A stretch of DNA of 64,000 nucleotides, from assembly GCA_963810725.1 (NCBI GenBank), contig CAWEOO010000001.1, positions 155,157-219,156 of the forward strand, in the 5' to 3' direction. The position numbers and the translations under genes are program-made. Source of the DNA: an uncultured Chloroflexia bacterium (GTDB lineage Bacteria; Chloroflexota; Limnocylindria; Limnocylindrales; CSP1-4). This document shows positions 18,859 through 28,097 of this stretch, piece by piece. The notes under the pieces are model-generated. The model was not told the DNA's origin. It was given only the letters and a program-made list of their open reading frames with translations, and did no database searches. Positions within the stretch are counted from its first letter, which is position 1. Every line of letters begins with the position of its first letter.

Positions 18859-19329
18859 TCAGGGCTGATCGGTCAGTGCCGCGATCCGGTCACGAAGCGC
18901 GACGATGGTCTTGATCTCGTCGCCGAACTCATAGATCCCGTTCGGCAACACGTAGGTCCCATCGAGCACCTTTTGGTGCCCCGAGCCGACGGCAGCGATA
19001 TACATAGCGATGGCGGGATCGCCGACCATGCCCGCGTCCATTTCGGCCGTGACCCAATCCGCCTCACTGGTGAACCACGAGACGAAGTCGGCGTCGAGGT
19101 CCTCGCCGGTGATATCCGAAAGGAGGGCCAGGTCGTCGATCGCAGCCACGATGTGGGCGACCTGCTCCACGGACGTGCCCGCCGGGCCTCCGGGCGGCGT
19201 TGACGCCGTCGTCGCCGGAGGCGTCATCGGGGCCCCCGGCGAAACCGCCGACGAGCCGGCGGATGGCATCCCGTCGCCGCTGCAACCAAGCATGACGACG
19301 GACACCACCAGCGCGAGCGATCCTCGCAT
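18859..19329 (-). CDS. Lipoprotein of unknown function
   Basis: GGAGGG upstream of ATG 19329. Signal and lipobox: MRGSLALVVSVVMLGCSG. Confidence 0.65.
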   Translation of the reverse strand: MRGSLALVVSVVMLGCSGDGMPSAGSSAVSPGAPMTPPATTASTPPGGPAGTSVEQVAHIVAAIDDLALLSDITGEDLDADFVSWFTSEADWVTAEMDAGMVGDPAIAMYIAAVGSGHQKVLDGTYVLPNGIYEFGDEIKTIVALRDRIAALTDQP

Positions 19330-19418
19330 CGGCCGTCCCTCCAAACGGGCAACCGCCTCCGACGTCGAAATCGGGCCTCTATCATGGCACCGGTGTCCAC
19401 GCATGGAAGGGGAGGACG

Positions 19419-20519
19419 ATGACGCAGCCACCCGACGACCTGGAGCGGAGGCCCGACGGTTCGGGTCCCGACGATGCTGTCGCGCCGGAGGACCAGCCGA
19501 CCATCGCCTGGACGCCGCCGGAGTCGCCTGCCGAGCCGGCTTCGGGCGAAGGGCTGCCGCCGGACGAGGGGCCGCCGCCCGACGCGCCCACAGGTGATGT
19601 GCCCCCCGGCGACCTGCCGGCGGAGGACGTGCCCCCAGGCGAAGTGCCCCTGACCGAGTGGACCCCGACCCAGCCGGCGCCGCTGGATGTGCCGGCACCG
19701 ACGCCACCCACCAGCCCGATCATCAGCGCGAGCCCGTCGGTCCCGACCGACGCCGCGGGTTCCGGCTCGGCGCCCGCGATGCCCGCCGCCCCGCTGGTTG
19801 GCTGGGAGACGCCCGCCCCGGCCGGCGCGGCCCCAGGTCGCGAGGGCTACGTGATCGCGGGCATGGGCGCCCGGCTCGTGGCGTACTTCATCGACAGCCT
19901 CATCGTCTCGATCATCCCGACGATCCTGACGTTCCTCGTCGTCGACTACTCGGGTCTGATCCAGCAGTCCATCGATGCCGCGCGGGAGGGCGCGACCGCC
20001 GGGCAGACCACGTTCACCATCACGGTCACACCGGAGCTGGTCCTCGTCACGCTGATCTCGCTGGCCCTCCAGTACCTGTACTTCGTCGGCTTCTGGACCA
20101 GCGGCGGTCGGGCGACACCCGGGATGCGCGGATTGAAGATGCAGGTCGTGGAGGCCGCGACCGGGGGAACGCTGTCGATCGCGTCTGCGACCAAGCGCTT
20201 CGTCGCCCTTGGATCACCGCTGGCCCTCCTGATCCTCATCCCGGCCCTCCAGTCTGCCGCCGGAGTCGCCCAGTTCGCACTCTCGCTCTTCCTGTTCTTC
20301 ACCGCGATCACCAACGATCGACGGCAGGGCCTCCACGACAAGTGGGCGAACTCGCTGGTGATCCGCTCCACGACCAGCGGCGACGGCGCCGTGGTCATCG
20401 GGTGCCTGATGCTCATCGTGATCGTGGTCGGCTTCGCGATCGTCCTGTTCGGGACGGTGCTCGCGACGATGGGCCCGTATCTCGAGGAATTGATCCGCGA
20501 GGCGGAGCAGACCACCTGA
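19419..20519 (+). CDS. RDD-family membrane protein with a long Pro/Asp/Glu-rich N-terminal region
   Basis: GGAAGGGGAGG upstream of the ATG. RDD-type core: AGMGARLVAYFIDSLIV..GRATPGMRGLKMQVV..NDRRQGLHDKWANSLVI. Confidence 0.8.
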   Translation: MTQPPDDLERRPDGSGPDDAVAPEDQPTIAWTPPESPAEPASGEGLPPDEGPPPDAPTGDVPPGDLPAEDVPPGEVPLTEWTPTQPAPLDVPAPTPPTSPIISASPSVPTDAAGSGSAPAMPAAPLVGWETPAPAGAAPGREGYVIAGMGARLVAYFIDSLIVSIIPTILTFLVVDYSGLIQQSIDAAREGATAGQTTFTITVTPELVLVTLISLALQYLYFVGFWTSGGRATPGMRGLKMQVVEAATGGTLSIASATKRFVALGSPLALLILIPALQSAAGVAQFALSLFLFFTAITNDRRQGLHDKWANSLVIRSTTSGDGAVVIGCLMLIVIVVGFAIVLFGTVLATMGPYLEELIREAEQTT

Positions 20520-21991
20520 GCGAGGAAGATCCGCGCCTCGGCGCCGACCAGCGCGACGGCCTGACCGATATCGATCCGGCGGCCTTTCGGGCTGCCGCCC
20601 ACGAGGTGGTCGATGTCATGGCCGACTACCTCGACTCGATCGAGGCGCGGCCGGTCTTCCCGCCGGTCGAGCCCGGGTCGTTGCGTCCGCTGTTTCCGCC
20701 CACTCCGCCGGAGGCACCTGAGCCCCTGGCAGCCATCCTCGACGACTACCGCCGCCTCATCGAGCCGAACGCCACGCACTGGCAGCATCCTGGCTTCCTC
20801 GCCTATTTCGCGACGACGGCCTCCGGTCCGGGGATCCTGGGCGAGATGCTGACCGCGGCGCTGGGCCAGAACGCGATGCTGTGGCGGACCTCGCCGATCG
20901 GCACCGAGCTCGAGCAAGTCGTCGTCGACTGGCTGCGCCAGGCACTTGGCCTGCCGGCGGCCTTCGATGGCCTGCTGACGGACACGGCCTCGACGTCGTC
21001 CCTGATCGCCCTCGCCGCCGCGCGGCAGGCCGCCGGCCTCGACGTTGCGGCGGCGGGCCTTGCCGGGCGTCCGGACGTGCCCGCGCTCCGCGTGTACGCC
21101 TCGACCGAGGCGCACAGCTCGATCGAGAAGGCGTGCATGACGCTCGGGCTGGGCCGCGGTTCGCTGGTGCGCGTCCTGGTCGACGATCGGTATGCGATGC
21201 GGCCGGATGCGCTCGCGGCGTCGATCGCCGGCGACCGTGCAGCCGGCCATCTCCCGATCGCCGTGGTCGCGACGCTCGGGACGACCTCATCGACCGCCAT
21301 CGACCCGGTCGCGGAGCTGGCCGACATCGCGAGGCGCGAGGGGCTGTGGCTCCACGTCGATTCCGCCTACGCGGGCGTCGTGGCGATGCTCCCGGCGCGG
21401 CGCGGGCCGTTCGCCGGCTGGGAACGGGCGGATTCGATCGTCGTAAACCCGCACAAGTGGCTGTTCACGCCGCTCGATGCGTCGCTGCTGCTGACGCCGC
21501 GCATGGCCGACCTCCGGGCAGCGTTCAGCCTCGTCCCCGAGTACCTCCGCACGCTCGACCGGGAGGCGCCCGTCCGCGACTACAACGAATACCAGCCCCA
21601 GCTTGGCCGGCGGTTCCGGGCATTGAAGCTGTGGATCCAACTGCGCTGGTTCGGGCTCGAGGGCATCCGGCGGCGGATCGAGCGCCATCTCGATCTCGCC
21701 CAGGCGTTCGCCGCCTGGGTCGACGAGGATCCGGATTGGGAGCGTCTGGCGCCCGTTCCGTTCTCGACCGTGTGCTTCCGCTGGAACCCGCGCCGCGGCG
21801 CGACCGACGAGGAGCTCGACTCGCGCAACGCCGCGATCATGGACGCGGTGAACCGCGGGGGCGAGGTCTTCCTGTCGCATACCCGCCTCGCGGGACGGTT
21901 CACGATCAGGCTGGCGATCGGGAACATCCGAACCGAGGAGCGGCACGTGGAGCGGGCCTGGGCCCTGCTGCGCGAGGCGGCCGTCGAGTGA
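20516..21991 (+). CDS. Group II pyridoxal-dependent (aromatic-L-amino-acid-type) decarboxylase; start codon uncertain
   Basis: DPAAFRAAAHEVVDVMADYL..THWQHPGFLAYFA..TDTASTSSL..HVDSAYAG..NPHKWLFTPLDAS (PLP lysine). There is no ATG/GTG/TTG between GTG 20402 and GTG 20606. CTG 20516 overlaps the RDD stop (CTGA). Confidence 0.85.
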   Translation: MSEEDPRLGADQRDGLTDIDPAAFRAAAHEVVDVMADYLDSIEARPVFPPVEPGSLRPLFPPTPPEAPEPLAAILDDYRRLIEPNATHWQHPGFLAYFATTASGPGILGEMLTAALGQNAMLWRTSPIGTELEQVVVDWLRQALGLPAAFDGLLTDTASTSSLIALAAARQAAGLDVAAAGLAGRPDVPALRVYASTEAHSSIEKACMTLGLGRGSLVRVLVDDRYAMRPDALAASIAGDRAAGHLPIAVVATLGTTSSTAIDPVAELADIARREGLWLHVDSAYAGVVAMLPARRGPFAGWERADSIVVNPHKWLFTPLDASLLLTPRMADLRAAFSLVPEYLRTLDREAPVRDYNEYQPQLGRRFRALKLWIQLRWFGLEGIRRRIERHLDLAQAFAAWVDEDPDWERLAPVPFSTVCFRWNPRRGATDEELDSRNAAIMDAVNRGGEVFLSHTRLAGRFTIRLAIGNIRTEERHVERAWALLREAAVE

Positions 21992-22590
21992 GCCCGAGCC
22001 TCACGCCGCACGACGTCCGGTTCTTCGCCACGCCGGGCGAGTTGCGCGACTGGTTCGACGCCAATCACGAGACGGCGGACGAGCTGTGGCTCGGCTACTA
22101 CCGCAAGTCCACGGGTCGACCGAGCGTCGACTGGTCGCAGGCCGTGGACGAGGCGCTGTGCGTCGGCTGGATCGACGGCGTGCGCCGGAGCGTCGATGCG
22201 ACCTCGTTCGTCCAGCGCTTCACGCCGCGCCGCAAAGGGAGCACCTGGAGCGCGATCAACGTCGCGAAGGTCGCGGCGCTGACGGCGGAAGGCCGGATGC
22301 GGCCGGCGGGGCTCGCGGCGTTCGAGGCGCGCACGGACGCGAACACGGCCATCTACTCCTACGAGCGGGCGGCAGCTGCGTTCACGCCCGAGGAAGAGGC
22401 GCGCCTCCAGGCGAGTCCCGCTGCCTGGGCGGACTGGGCAGCGCGGCCACCCTCCTACCGGCGGGCCGTGACGCACTGGGTGACCAGCGCGAAGCAGGCG
22501 GCCACGCGGGCGCGACGCCTGGACGCGCTGATCACCGATTCAGCGGCCGGTCAAAAGGTGGGACCGATGCGCTGGTCGCGCGACACTTGA
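21988..22590 (+). CDS. YdeI/OmpD-associated family protein
   Basis: GTGA overlap with the decarboxylase stop. FFATPGELRDWFDANHETADELWLGYYRK..VDEALCVGWIDGVRRS..FTPRRKGSTWSAINV. Confidence 0.7.
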   Translation: MSPSLTPHDVRFFATPGELRDWFDANHETADELWLGYYRKSTGRPSVDWSQAVDEALCVGWIDGVRRSVDATSFVQRFTPRRKGSTWSAINVAKVAALTAEGRMRPAGLAAFEARTDANTAIYSYERAAAAFTPEEEARLQASPAAWADWAARPPSYRRAVTHWVTSAKQAATRARRLDALITDSAAGQKVGPMRWSRDT

Positions 22591-22637
22591 TGGCGAGCGG
22601 ACCCCGGCGAGGTCGCCGAGGTCCGGCTCTTGCGCGG

Positions 22638-23502
22638 TCAGTGGCCGCGGCGCTCTTGGACCCCCTGCGTGGTCGTCGTCCCCGAATTCCCCCCGGTCGG
22701 TCCGAACGGGAGATAGACGGCCGAGATGGTCCACTCTGCGGCCGCGATCGTTCTCTGGCGATGGGCTCAGGGTCGGATTCATCGACGCCGCAAGGACGTA
22801 GGTGTGCGTCACGCCGGACGGGACATTGAAGATGTAGGAGATCGAAGTCGATGCCTCGTACCAGGCCGGCTCGGCGTCGTGCGCTGGAGCGGGCGTGTTC
22901 TGGATGACCTGGAACATGGCGGGCGACTGTTCTCCGGTGTCCGCATTGACCAACGACACCCCCAATTCGCACGGGCAGATGCCGCCTTCGTCCGTGTAGG
23001 CCGACACATTGGCAGTGACCAGGACGAACGCTGTGCCGCCCGGAGCCCCGCCGTGTTGCAGATCGATGGCGCCAAGGGCGCCATCCTCGAAGGCTGCCCA
23101 GTCGTCGGCAAACCCGGTCGCGCCCCAATCGCCGGCAGCGCGGCCGAGGCCCCGGTTCAGGAATGCCGCCATCTGACCGCGCGTCACATTCGCGCCCGGG
23201 CAGAACCTCGTGGACGTACACCCGGTCGTGAGGCGCGCCCCGTACAGCCGTGAGATCGACGTATGGAAGGTATGCGACGTCGGCACGTCGGTGAACTGGT
23301 GGCTCGCACTGACCATCACTGGCAGTGCCAGCATCAACGCGACGATGCCGATGCGCGTCAGCTTCCTGGCCAGCCTGGGCCGCGCCGTCGCTCGCGTCCA
23401 CCATGCGCTGCTGCCAACCGAGCCCACCGCATCGACTTGCGCCTTGAGGCCCTCCAGTTCGGCCCGAATGGCCTGGATCTCCTCGGTTCCGCCAGGTTGC
23501 AT
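22638..23502 (-). pseudogene. Membrane-anchored protein with an S-layer-homology (SLH) domain. The C-terminal part changes frame near ~22760.
   Basis: AAGGAGGG upstream of ATG 23502. Coiled coil, then TM helix IGIVALMLALPVMV. SLH: FTDVPTSHTFHTSISRLYGARLTTGCTSTRFCPGANVTRGQMAAFLNRGLG. An alternative frame gives TIAAAEWTISAVYLPFGPTGGNSGTTTTQGVQERRGH* ending at 22638. Confidence 0.7.
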
Positions 23503-23644
23503 CTCGCCCTCCTTGTCCGTTCTTCCGGGGGTGTCGACACGATACTCGCGGGCCGTCGTCGCAGGGCGTCGTTCCCGGTGTCGGTGACGGTGCTCGCGGT
23601 AGACTCGGGCCACCAGTCCGGAGTCGATGTAGGAGAGCCGTCCC

Positions 23645-25168
23645 ATGGCCGTCGAGGTCCCCATCACCGACTACCCGATGTTCATCGATGGCGCGTCCGT
23701 GACCTCGTCGAGCGGTCGCTGGATCGAGGTCCGCAGCCCGGCCACCGGCGAGATCGTCGGGCGCGTTCCCGACGGCACCGAGGCCGACGTCGACCGAGCG
23801 GTCGCCGCCGCCCGCGCCGCGTTCCGCGACGGTCGCTGGCACCGGATGGCGCTGGGCGACCGCGTCGCCGTCATGAACCGGCTCGGCGACCTGCTGGACC
23901 GCGACGCCGACGACCTGGCCCGGCTCGAGACGCTCCAGACCGGAACCGCCTACAAGCTCCGGCGGGACAGCGACTTCGCCTTCGCCAGCGACAACCTGCG
24001 CTTCTTCGCGACGCAGATCCGCAACCTCGAGGGCAAGGCCGCGTACGAGTACACGGGCACCCACACGAGCTTCGTCCGGCGCGAGCCGATCGGGGTGGTC
24101 GGGCAGGTCAGTCCGTGGAACTACCCGCTCTGGATGGCGATCTGGAAGATCGGCCCGGCGCTGGCGGCGGGCAACTCGGTCGTCCTCAAGCCCGCGTCGG
24201 CGACGCCGCTGACGACCGTCCGGCTGGCCGCGCTGGCCAAGGAGGCGGGCGTGCCGGACGGCGTGTTCAACGTCGTGACGGGACGCGGTGAGGTGGTCGG
24301 GGCCGCCCTCGCGGCGCACCTGGACGTCGACATGATCTCGCTGACCGGCGATACCGAGACGGGCAAGCGGATCCAGGCCCTCGCGGCCGGCAACCTGAAG
24401 CGCGTCCACCTGGAACTCGGCGGCAAGGCGCCGTTCATCGTCTGCGCCGACGCCGACATCGAGGCCGCCGCCCGCGGCGCGACGGCGGGCGCGCTCATCA
24501 ACGGTGGCCAGGACTGCACCGCGGCCACGCGCGCCTACGTCCATCGCGACGTGTACGACGCGTTCCTCACCCGCACCGCGGAGCTGTTCGACGCCGTGCG
24601 GGTCGGCGATCCGTTCGAACCGGCGACCGACCTCGGCACGCTCATCAGCGATACCCAGGTCGCGCGCGTGGCCGGATTCGTCGAGCGGGCCGTCGCGGCG
24701 GGCGCCCGGATCGTGGCCGGCGGGTTCGCTCCGGAGGTCCCGGGTCTACCAGATGGCGCGTTCTACCGACCGACCATCGTGGCCGACTGCACCCAGGACA
24801 GCGAGATCGTCCAGGACGAGGTGTTCGGCCCGGTCCTCGCGGTCCTGCCGTTCGACACGCTCGATGAGGCGCTCGAGAACGCCAACGACACGCGCTACGG
24901 CCTCGCGGCCAGCATCTGGACGACGAATGTGTTCACGGCCATGGAGGCGGCGCGGGCCCTGAACTTCGGGCACGTGCAGGTGAACGACCACCTCATGGTC
25001 ACGTCCGAGATGCCGCACGGCGGGTTCAAACAGTCCGGTTCAGGCAAGGACATGTCGAGCTATTCCTTCGAGGAATACACACAGGTCAAGCACGTCATGC
25101 TCGAGCTGACCGGTGAGCCCGAGAAAGGCTGGCACTACACGATCTTCGGCAACAAGCCGGCCGAGTAG
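23645..25168 (+). CDS. NAD(P)-dependent aldehyde dehydrogenase (aminobutyraldehyde/betaine-aldehyde type)
   Basis: VSPWNYPLWMAIWKIGPALAAGNSVVLKPA..LELGGKAPFIV..GQDCTAATR..EVFGPV..PHGGFKQSGSGKD. Confidence 0.9.
   Translation: MAVEVPITDYPMFIDGASVTSSSGRWIEVRSPATGEIVGRVPDGTEADVDRAVAAARAAFRDGRWHRMALGDRVAVMNRLGDLLDRDADDLARLETLQTGTAYKLRRDSDFAFASDNLRFFATQIRNLEGKAAYEYTGTHTSFVRREPIGVVGQVSPWNYPLWMAIWKIGPALAAGNSVVLKPASATPLTTVRLAALAKEAGVPDGVFNVVTGRGEVVGAALAAHLDVDMISLTGDTETGKRIQALAAGNLKRVHLELGGKAPFIVCADADIEAAARGATAGALINGGQDCTAATRAYVHRDVYDAFLTRTAELFDAVRVGDPFEPATDLGTLISDTQVARVAGFVERAVAAGARIVAGGFAPEVPGLPDGAFYRPTIVADCTQDSEIVQDEVFGPVLAVLPFDTLDEALENANDTRYGLAASIWTTNVFTAMEAARALNFGHVQVNDHLMVTSEMPHGGFKQSGSGKDMSSYSFEEYTQVKHVMLELTGEPEKGWHYTIFGNKPAE
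25137..25168. repeat. Direct repeat copy 1 (the last 10 codons plus stop of the aldehyde dehydrogenase)
   Basis: ACACGATCTTCGGCAACAAGCCGGCCGAGTAG matches 26356-26387 at 30 of 32 positions. Confidence 0.9.
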
Positions 25169-25788
25169 CCGACTCGCACGCACGAAACGGCCCCCGGGCG
25201 TCAGGACCTACGCCGCGGGCAAAGCAAACGGGACGAACATGCGACGGCGCGGCTCTATGCTCGTTGCCCGTTCGTGAGGTAAGGCGATGGGCAAGCGATT
25301 ACGGCGTCTAAGTCGCGGAGTGACACAACTGCCCGGCCGCATTCTGGCGGCCGCGGGATGGCCGACCGCAGCCGGGGTTGGTGTCACGGCGACAGGCGGC
25401 CTTGACGAGCTTGAGGCAAGGCGAAGGCGAGAACGCGAGACCTGGCGTCAGGGCGTGGACGAGGACGAGGACGATCAGCGTAGTTCTACCTGAAACGGAA
25501 CCGTCTACGCCTCGGTAGAACGGCCTCTCACACGTACCGAATGCCGCGCGCGTATCCGAAGCACAGATGGCCGCCAGTGCGCTTCAGGCCGCCCGTAGCA
25601 TGGTCGCGCGGGGTGGTCGGTGAAGCCGCGGCGGCGAGGCCGTCAACGGCCCCCGGCTCCGCGCGCTCCGCCCCACCTGCGGACCGTGGTGCCGGCGAGC
25701 ACCATTTTCGCGTGCGTCCGGACGCCCTGCTCGGCCACAATGGGCCAGACTGGGATCTGTCAGCGTCCCATTTTTTGGAGGAGGGGTC

Positions 25789-26121
25789 ATGAGAAGGGTA
25801 TTGGCGTTAGGCCTGACCGTCGGTCTGTTGCTGGGCTTGTCAGCGGTGCCGGCGTTGGCACAGCTGCCGCCGCATCCCCACGTTCTCGTGCTCGGACTCG
25901 AGCTCGATGAGAACGGGGAGCCGATCGGGCTCAGAAAGTGCGTCGACCTCGCCGCAAACGAGCCGCTTCCGCTGAACGCCCAGCACCAGCACGTCCACTT
26001 CGGCACAGCTGGTCAAGCGCTCTTCACGCACGCCGGGCACGTCGTTGTCCCGACCGCCCCATTCCCGGGGGTTCCGTGGACCGACTGCGAGTCGCTGATC
26101 GCGTTCTTCTTCGGCGACTGA
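25789..26121 (+). CDS. Small secreted His-rich protein of unknown function
   Basis: GGAGGAGGGG upstream of the ATG. Signal peptide MRRVLALGLTVGLLLGLSAVPALA. His clusters: HPH, QHQHVH, HAGH. Two Cys residues. Confidence 0.6.
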   Translation: MRRVLALGLTVGLLLGLSAVPALAQLPPHPHVLVLGLELDENGEPIGLRKCVDLAANEPLPLNAQHQHVHFGTAGQALFTHAGHVVVPTAPFPGVPWTDCESLIAFFFGD

Positions 26122-26355
26122 GCAACCGACCCTAGGGAACAGGGCCGTCGGCCTTTCGGGTTAAGTCGCCACGGCTAGTACTGTCCAACGCTCGCCCGCT
26201 CCGCGTCCGAATGACGATCCCGGCTCGCCGGCCAGCTCGAGCCCGAGCGACGGGCGACGGAACTTCGACGTGCGTTCGACACGGCCGTACGCGTGGGGCC
26301 GTTGCCCGAGTTGGCATCCGTAGGCATCAACATGTGGGGCTTTCACAACATCAAC

Positions 26356-26387
26356 ACACGATTTTCGGCGACAAGCCGGCCGAGTAG
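26356..26387. repeat. Direct repeat copy 2: orphan relic of an aldehyde dehydrogenase 3' end (..HTIFGDKPAE*)
   Basis: ACACGATTTTCGGCGACAAGCCGGCCGAGTAG matches 25137-25168 at 30 of 32 positions. No ALDH body lies upstream of it. Confidence 0.9.
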
Positions 26388-26454
26388 GGACCTCCTGAGC
26401 ACGAGACTCGTTTCCCGTCCGTCGCCCGCCAACCGGCGCGCCTTCGTTCGGCGA

Positions 26455-27102
26455 GTGACGCGCCTCCAGCCTGTGCCCGATCTCCCGGGCGTGCGCCTTC
26501 ATCTCGCGGACGACGTCGCCGTCGCGGTGCACCTCACCGCCGAGGAGCTCGGTGAGTCGGACCCGGGCCTGCCGTTCTGGGCGTTCGCGTGGGCCGGTGG
26601 ACTCGGGATCGCCCGCTACCTTGCCGAGCATCCGGAGGAGGTGGCCGGCCGCCGCGTCCTCGACCTCGCGACCGGATCGGGCCTGTGCGCCATCGCCGCC
26701 GCGCGAGCGGGGGCCGGTTCGGCGCACGCGGTCGACATCGATCCGCTCTCCGAGGCCGCGGTCGCGCTCAACGCCCGGGTCAACCGGGTCCACATCGGGT
26801 TCACTCGGGGCGACCCCCTCAGCGCGCCGCCACCCGATTGCGACGTGATCCTCGCGGGCGACGTCTGCTACGAGCAGACGATGGGTGGTCGAATGATCGA
26901 TTGGCTCGGGATCGCGGCCGCGCGGGGCACGCGCGTGCTCGTCGGAGACCCGGGACGGAAGTACTTGCCGCCGGGGCTGCAGCGACTGGCGACCTACCGG
27001 GTGCGAACCACCCTTGAGCTCGAGAACGCGGCGGTGAAGGAGACGCACGTCTACACCATCGCGGAATCTGCGAGCCGGCCGAGCAGCCTCACGCAGCAAT
27101 AG
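26455..27102 (+). CDS. Class I SAM-dependent methyltransferase, COG3897 / METTL20-like family; start uncertain (26293, 26332 or 26455)
   Basis: PFWAFAWAGGLGIARYLAEHPEEVAGRRVLDLATGSGLCAIAAARAGA..AVDIDP..ILAGDVCYE..VLVGDPGR. Confidence 0.7.
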   Translation: MTRLQPVPDLPGVRLHLADDVAVAVHLTAEELGESDPGLPFWAFAWAGGLGIARYLAEHPEEVAGRRVLDLATGSGLCAIAAARAGAGSAHAVDIDPLSEAAVALNARVNRVHIGFTRGDPLSAPPPDCDVILAGDVCYEQTMGGRMIDWLGIAAARGTRVLVGDPGRKYLPPGLQRLATYRVRTTLELENAAVKETHVYTIAESASRPSSLTQQ

Positions 27103-27305
27103 GGCATCTCACCTACATCCACCAGCCGACGCGAGCACGTCAGATTCCACGACACGATCCGCCATCCCCCCAGCGGCGGATCATTCCCGGCGGCAGGGGC
27201 GTGGAAGCAACGACGCACCCCTCGCAGCCAATGACGCGCCCGGAGTCGGCTTCTCGGGGGAAGCCCTCCGGGCGTCGTCATGTCCAGGTTCGCCGCCGGA
27301 GCGGC

Positions 27306-27974
27306 TTACTGGATCGGGGCCTCGGCAACCTGTCGCCCGAGGGAATCGATCCCAAAGACCTTCGTGCCCGGCGGCCATTCGCCGGGCCACCAGGCGAGAT
27401 ACCAGCCATTCTTCAGCGACGCCGTCACCTGCGGCTGGCCCGGCATCACGATGACGACCCCGGCGATCCCGGCACCGGCTCGTCCGGTTGTGTTGCTGGC
27501 TTCACTGGACCCGTACCCGCCGATGTACTCCAGTTCGAACGCCTGGAGGGGGAGCCACTCCTGACCGCGAAAACCCGTCCCGCCGCCGCCGCCCGCCTCC
27601 ACGCCCCCCGTCCCGTCGATCGTCATGCCGGCGCAGCTCGCCTCCTCGCCGTTCGGCCCGGCGTACTGGACCTCGACGCGTCCGGCACCGCGCGCATCGA
27701 TGACCATCAGCTGAGTCTGTTGCGGAAACTCGGGGAGCGAGCCGCGGCAGGTGCGGTCGACCGCCGCGACGACCGGACCGGGCAGGACGAACGGGACGGG
27801 TTGCCACGGCCCGACGATTCGGCCGGGCGCGGCCTGGGGCTCGGCTTGGCGGTCCGACCCACAGGCCAGGGACACGAACAGCATCGCGGCGAAGAGGGCG
27901 ACCGGCCTTGTCACGGCCGTGAGTGTACCTGCGGCGGTAGCGCGGTCACCCAGGCCAAGAGCGCTGATGCTCAA
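27306..27974 (-). CDS. Lipoprotein of unknown function
   Basis: Lipobox FAAMLFVSLACGS. Start may be GTG 27914. Trp-rich C-terminus: NGWYLAWWPGEWPPG. The overlapping plus-strand ORF 27201-28097 is Arg-rich junk. Confidence 0.6.
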   Translation of the reverse strand: MSISALGLGDRATAAGTLTAVTRPVALFAAMLFVSLACGSDRQAEPQAAPGRIVGPWQPVPFVLPGPVVAAVDRTCRGSLPEFPQQTQLMVIDARGAGRVEVQYAGPNGEEASCAGMTIDGTGGVEAGGGGGTGFRGQEWLPLQAFELEYIGGYGSSEASNTTGRAGAGIAGVVIVMPGQPQVTASLKNGWYLAWWPGEWPPGTKVFGIDSLGRQVAEAPIQ

Positions 27975-28097
27975 GCCCGCGAGTGCCCGGCCTGGCGCCT
28001 CTCACCGAACGTCGGCATCGTGATTGACGAAACAAGCCAGCCGCCCGAACGTCCATCGGACGACACGTCTGCGCACGACGCTGCAAAGAGGATCTGA

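Noticed and set aside
17124-19400. Integrated element or prophage remnant downstream of tRNA-Pro
   Set aside because: Reading by eye, I found no duplicate of the tRNA-Pro 3' end, no integrase and no phage-like genes. There are only two lipoprotein genes.
25287-25493. 68-aa ORF in the lower-GC cassette
   Set aside because: It has no convincing RBS, a charged low-complexity C-terminus and no recognisable family. It cannot be supported as a gene from sequence alone.
27201-28097. 298-aa plus-strand ORF
   Set aside because: It overlaps the minus-strand lipoprotein gene (27306-27974), which has a lipobox and a normal composition. The plus-strand translation is Arg/Pro-rich.
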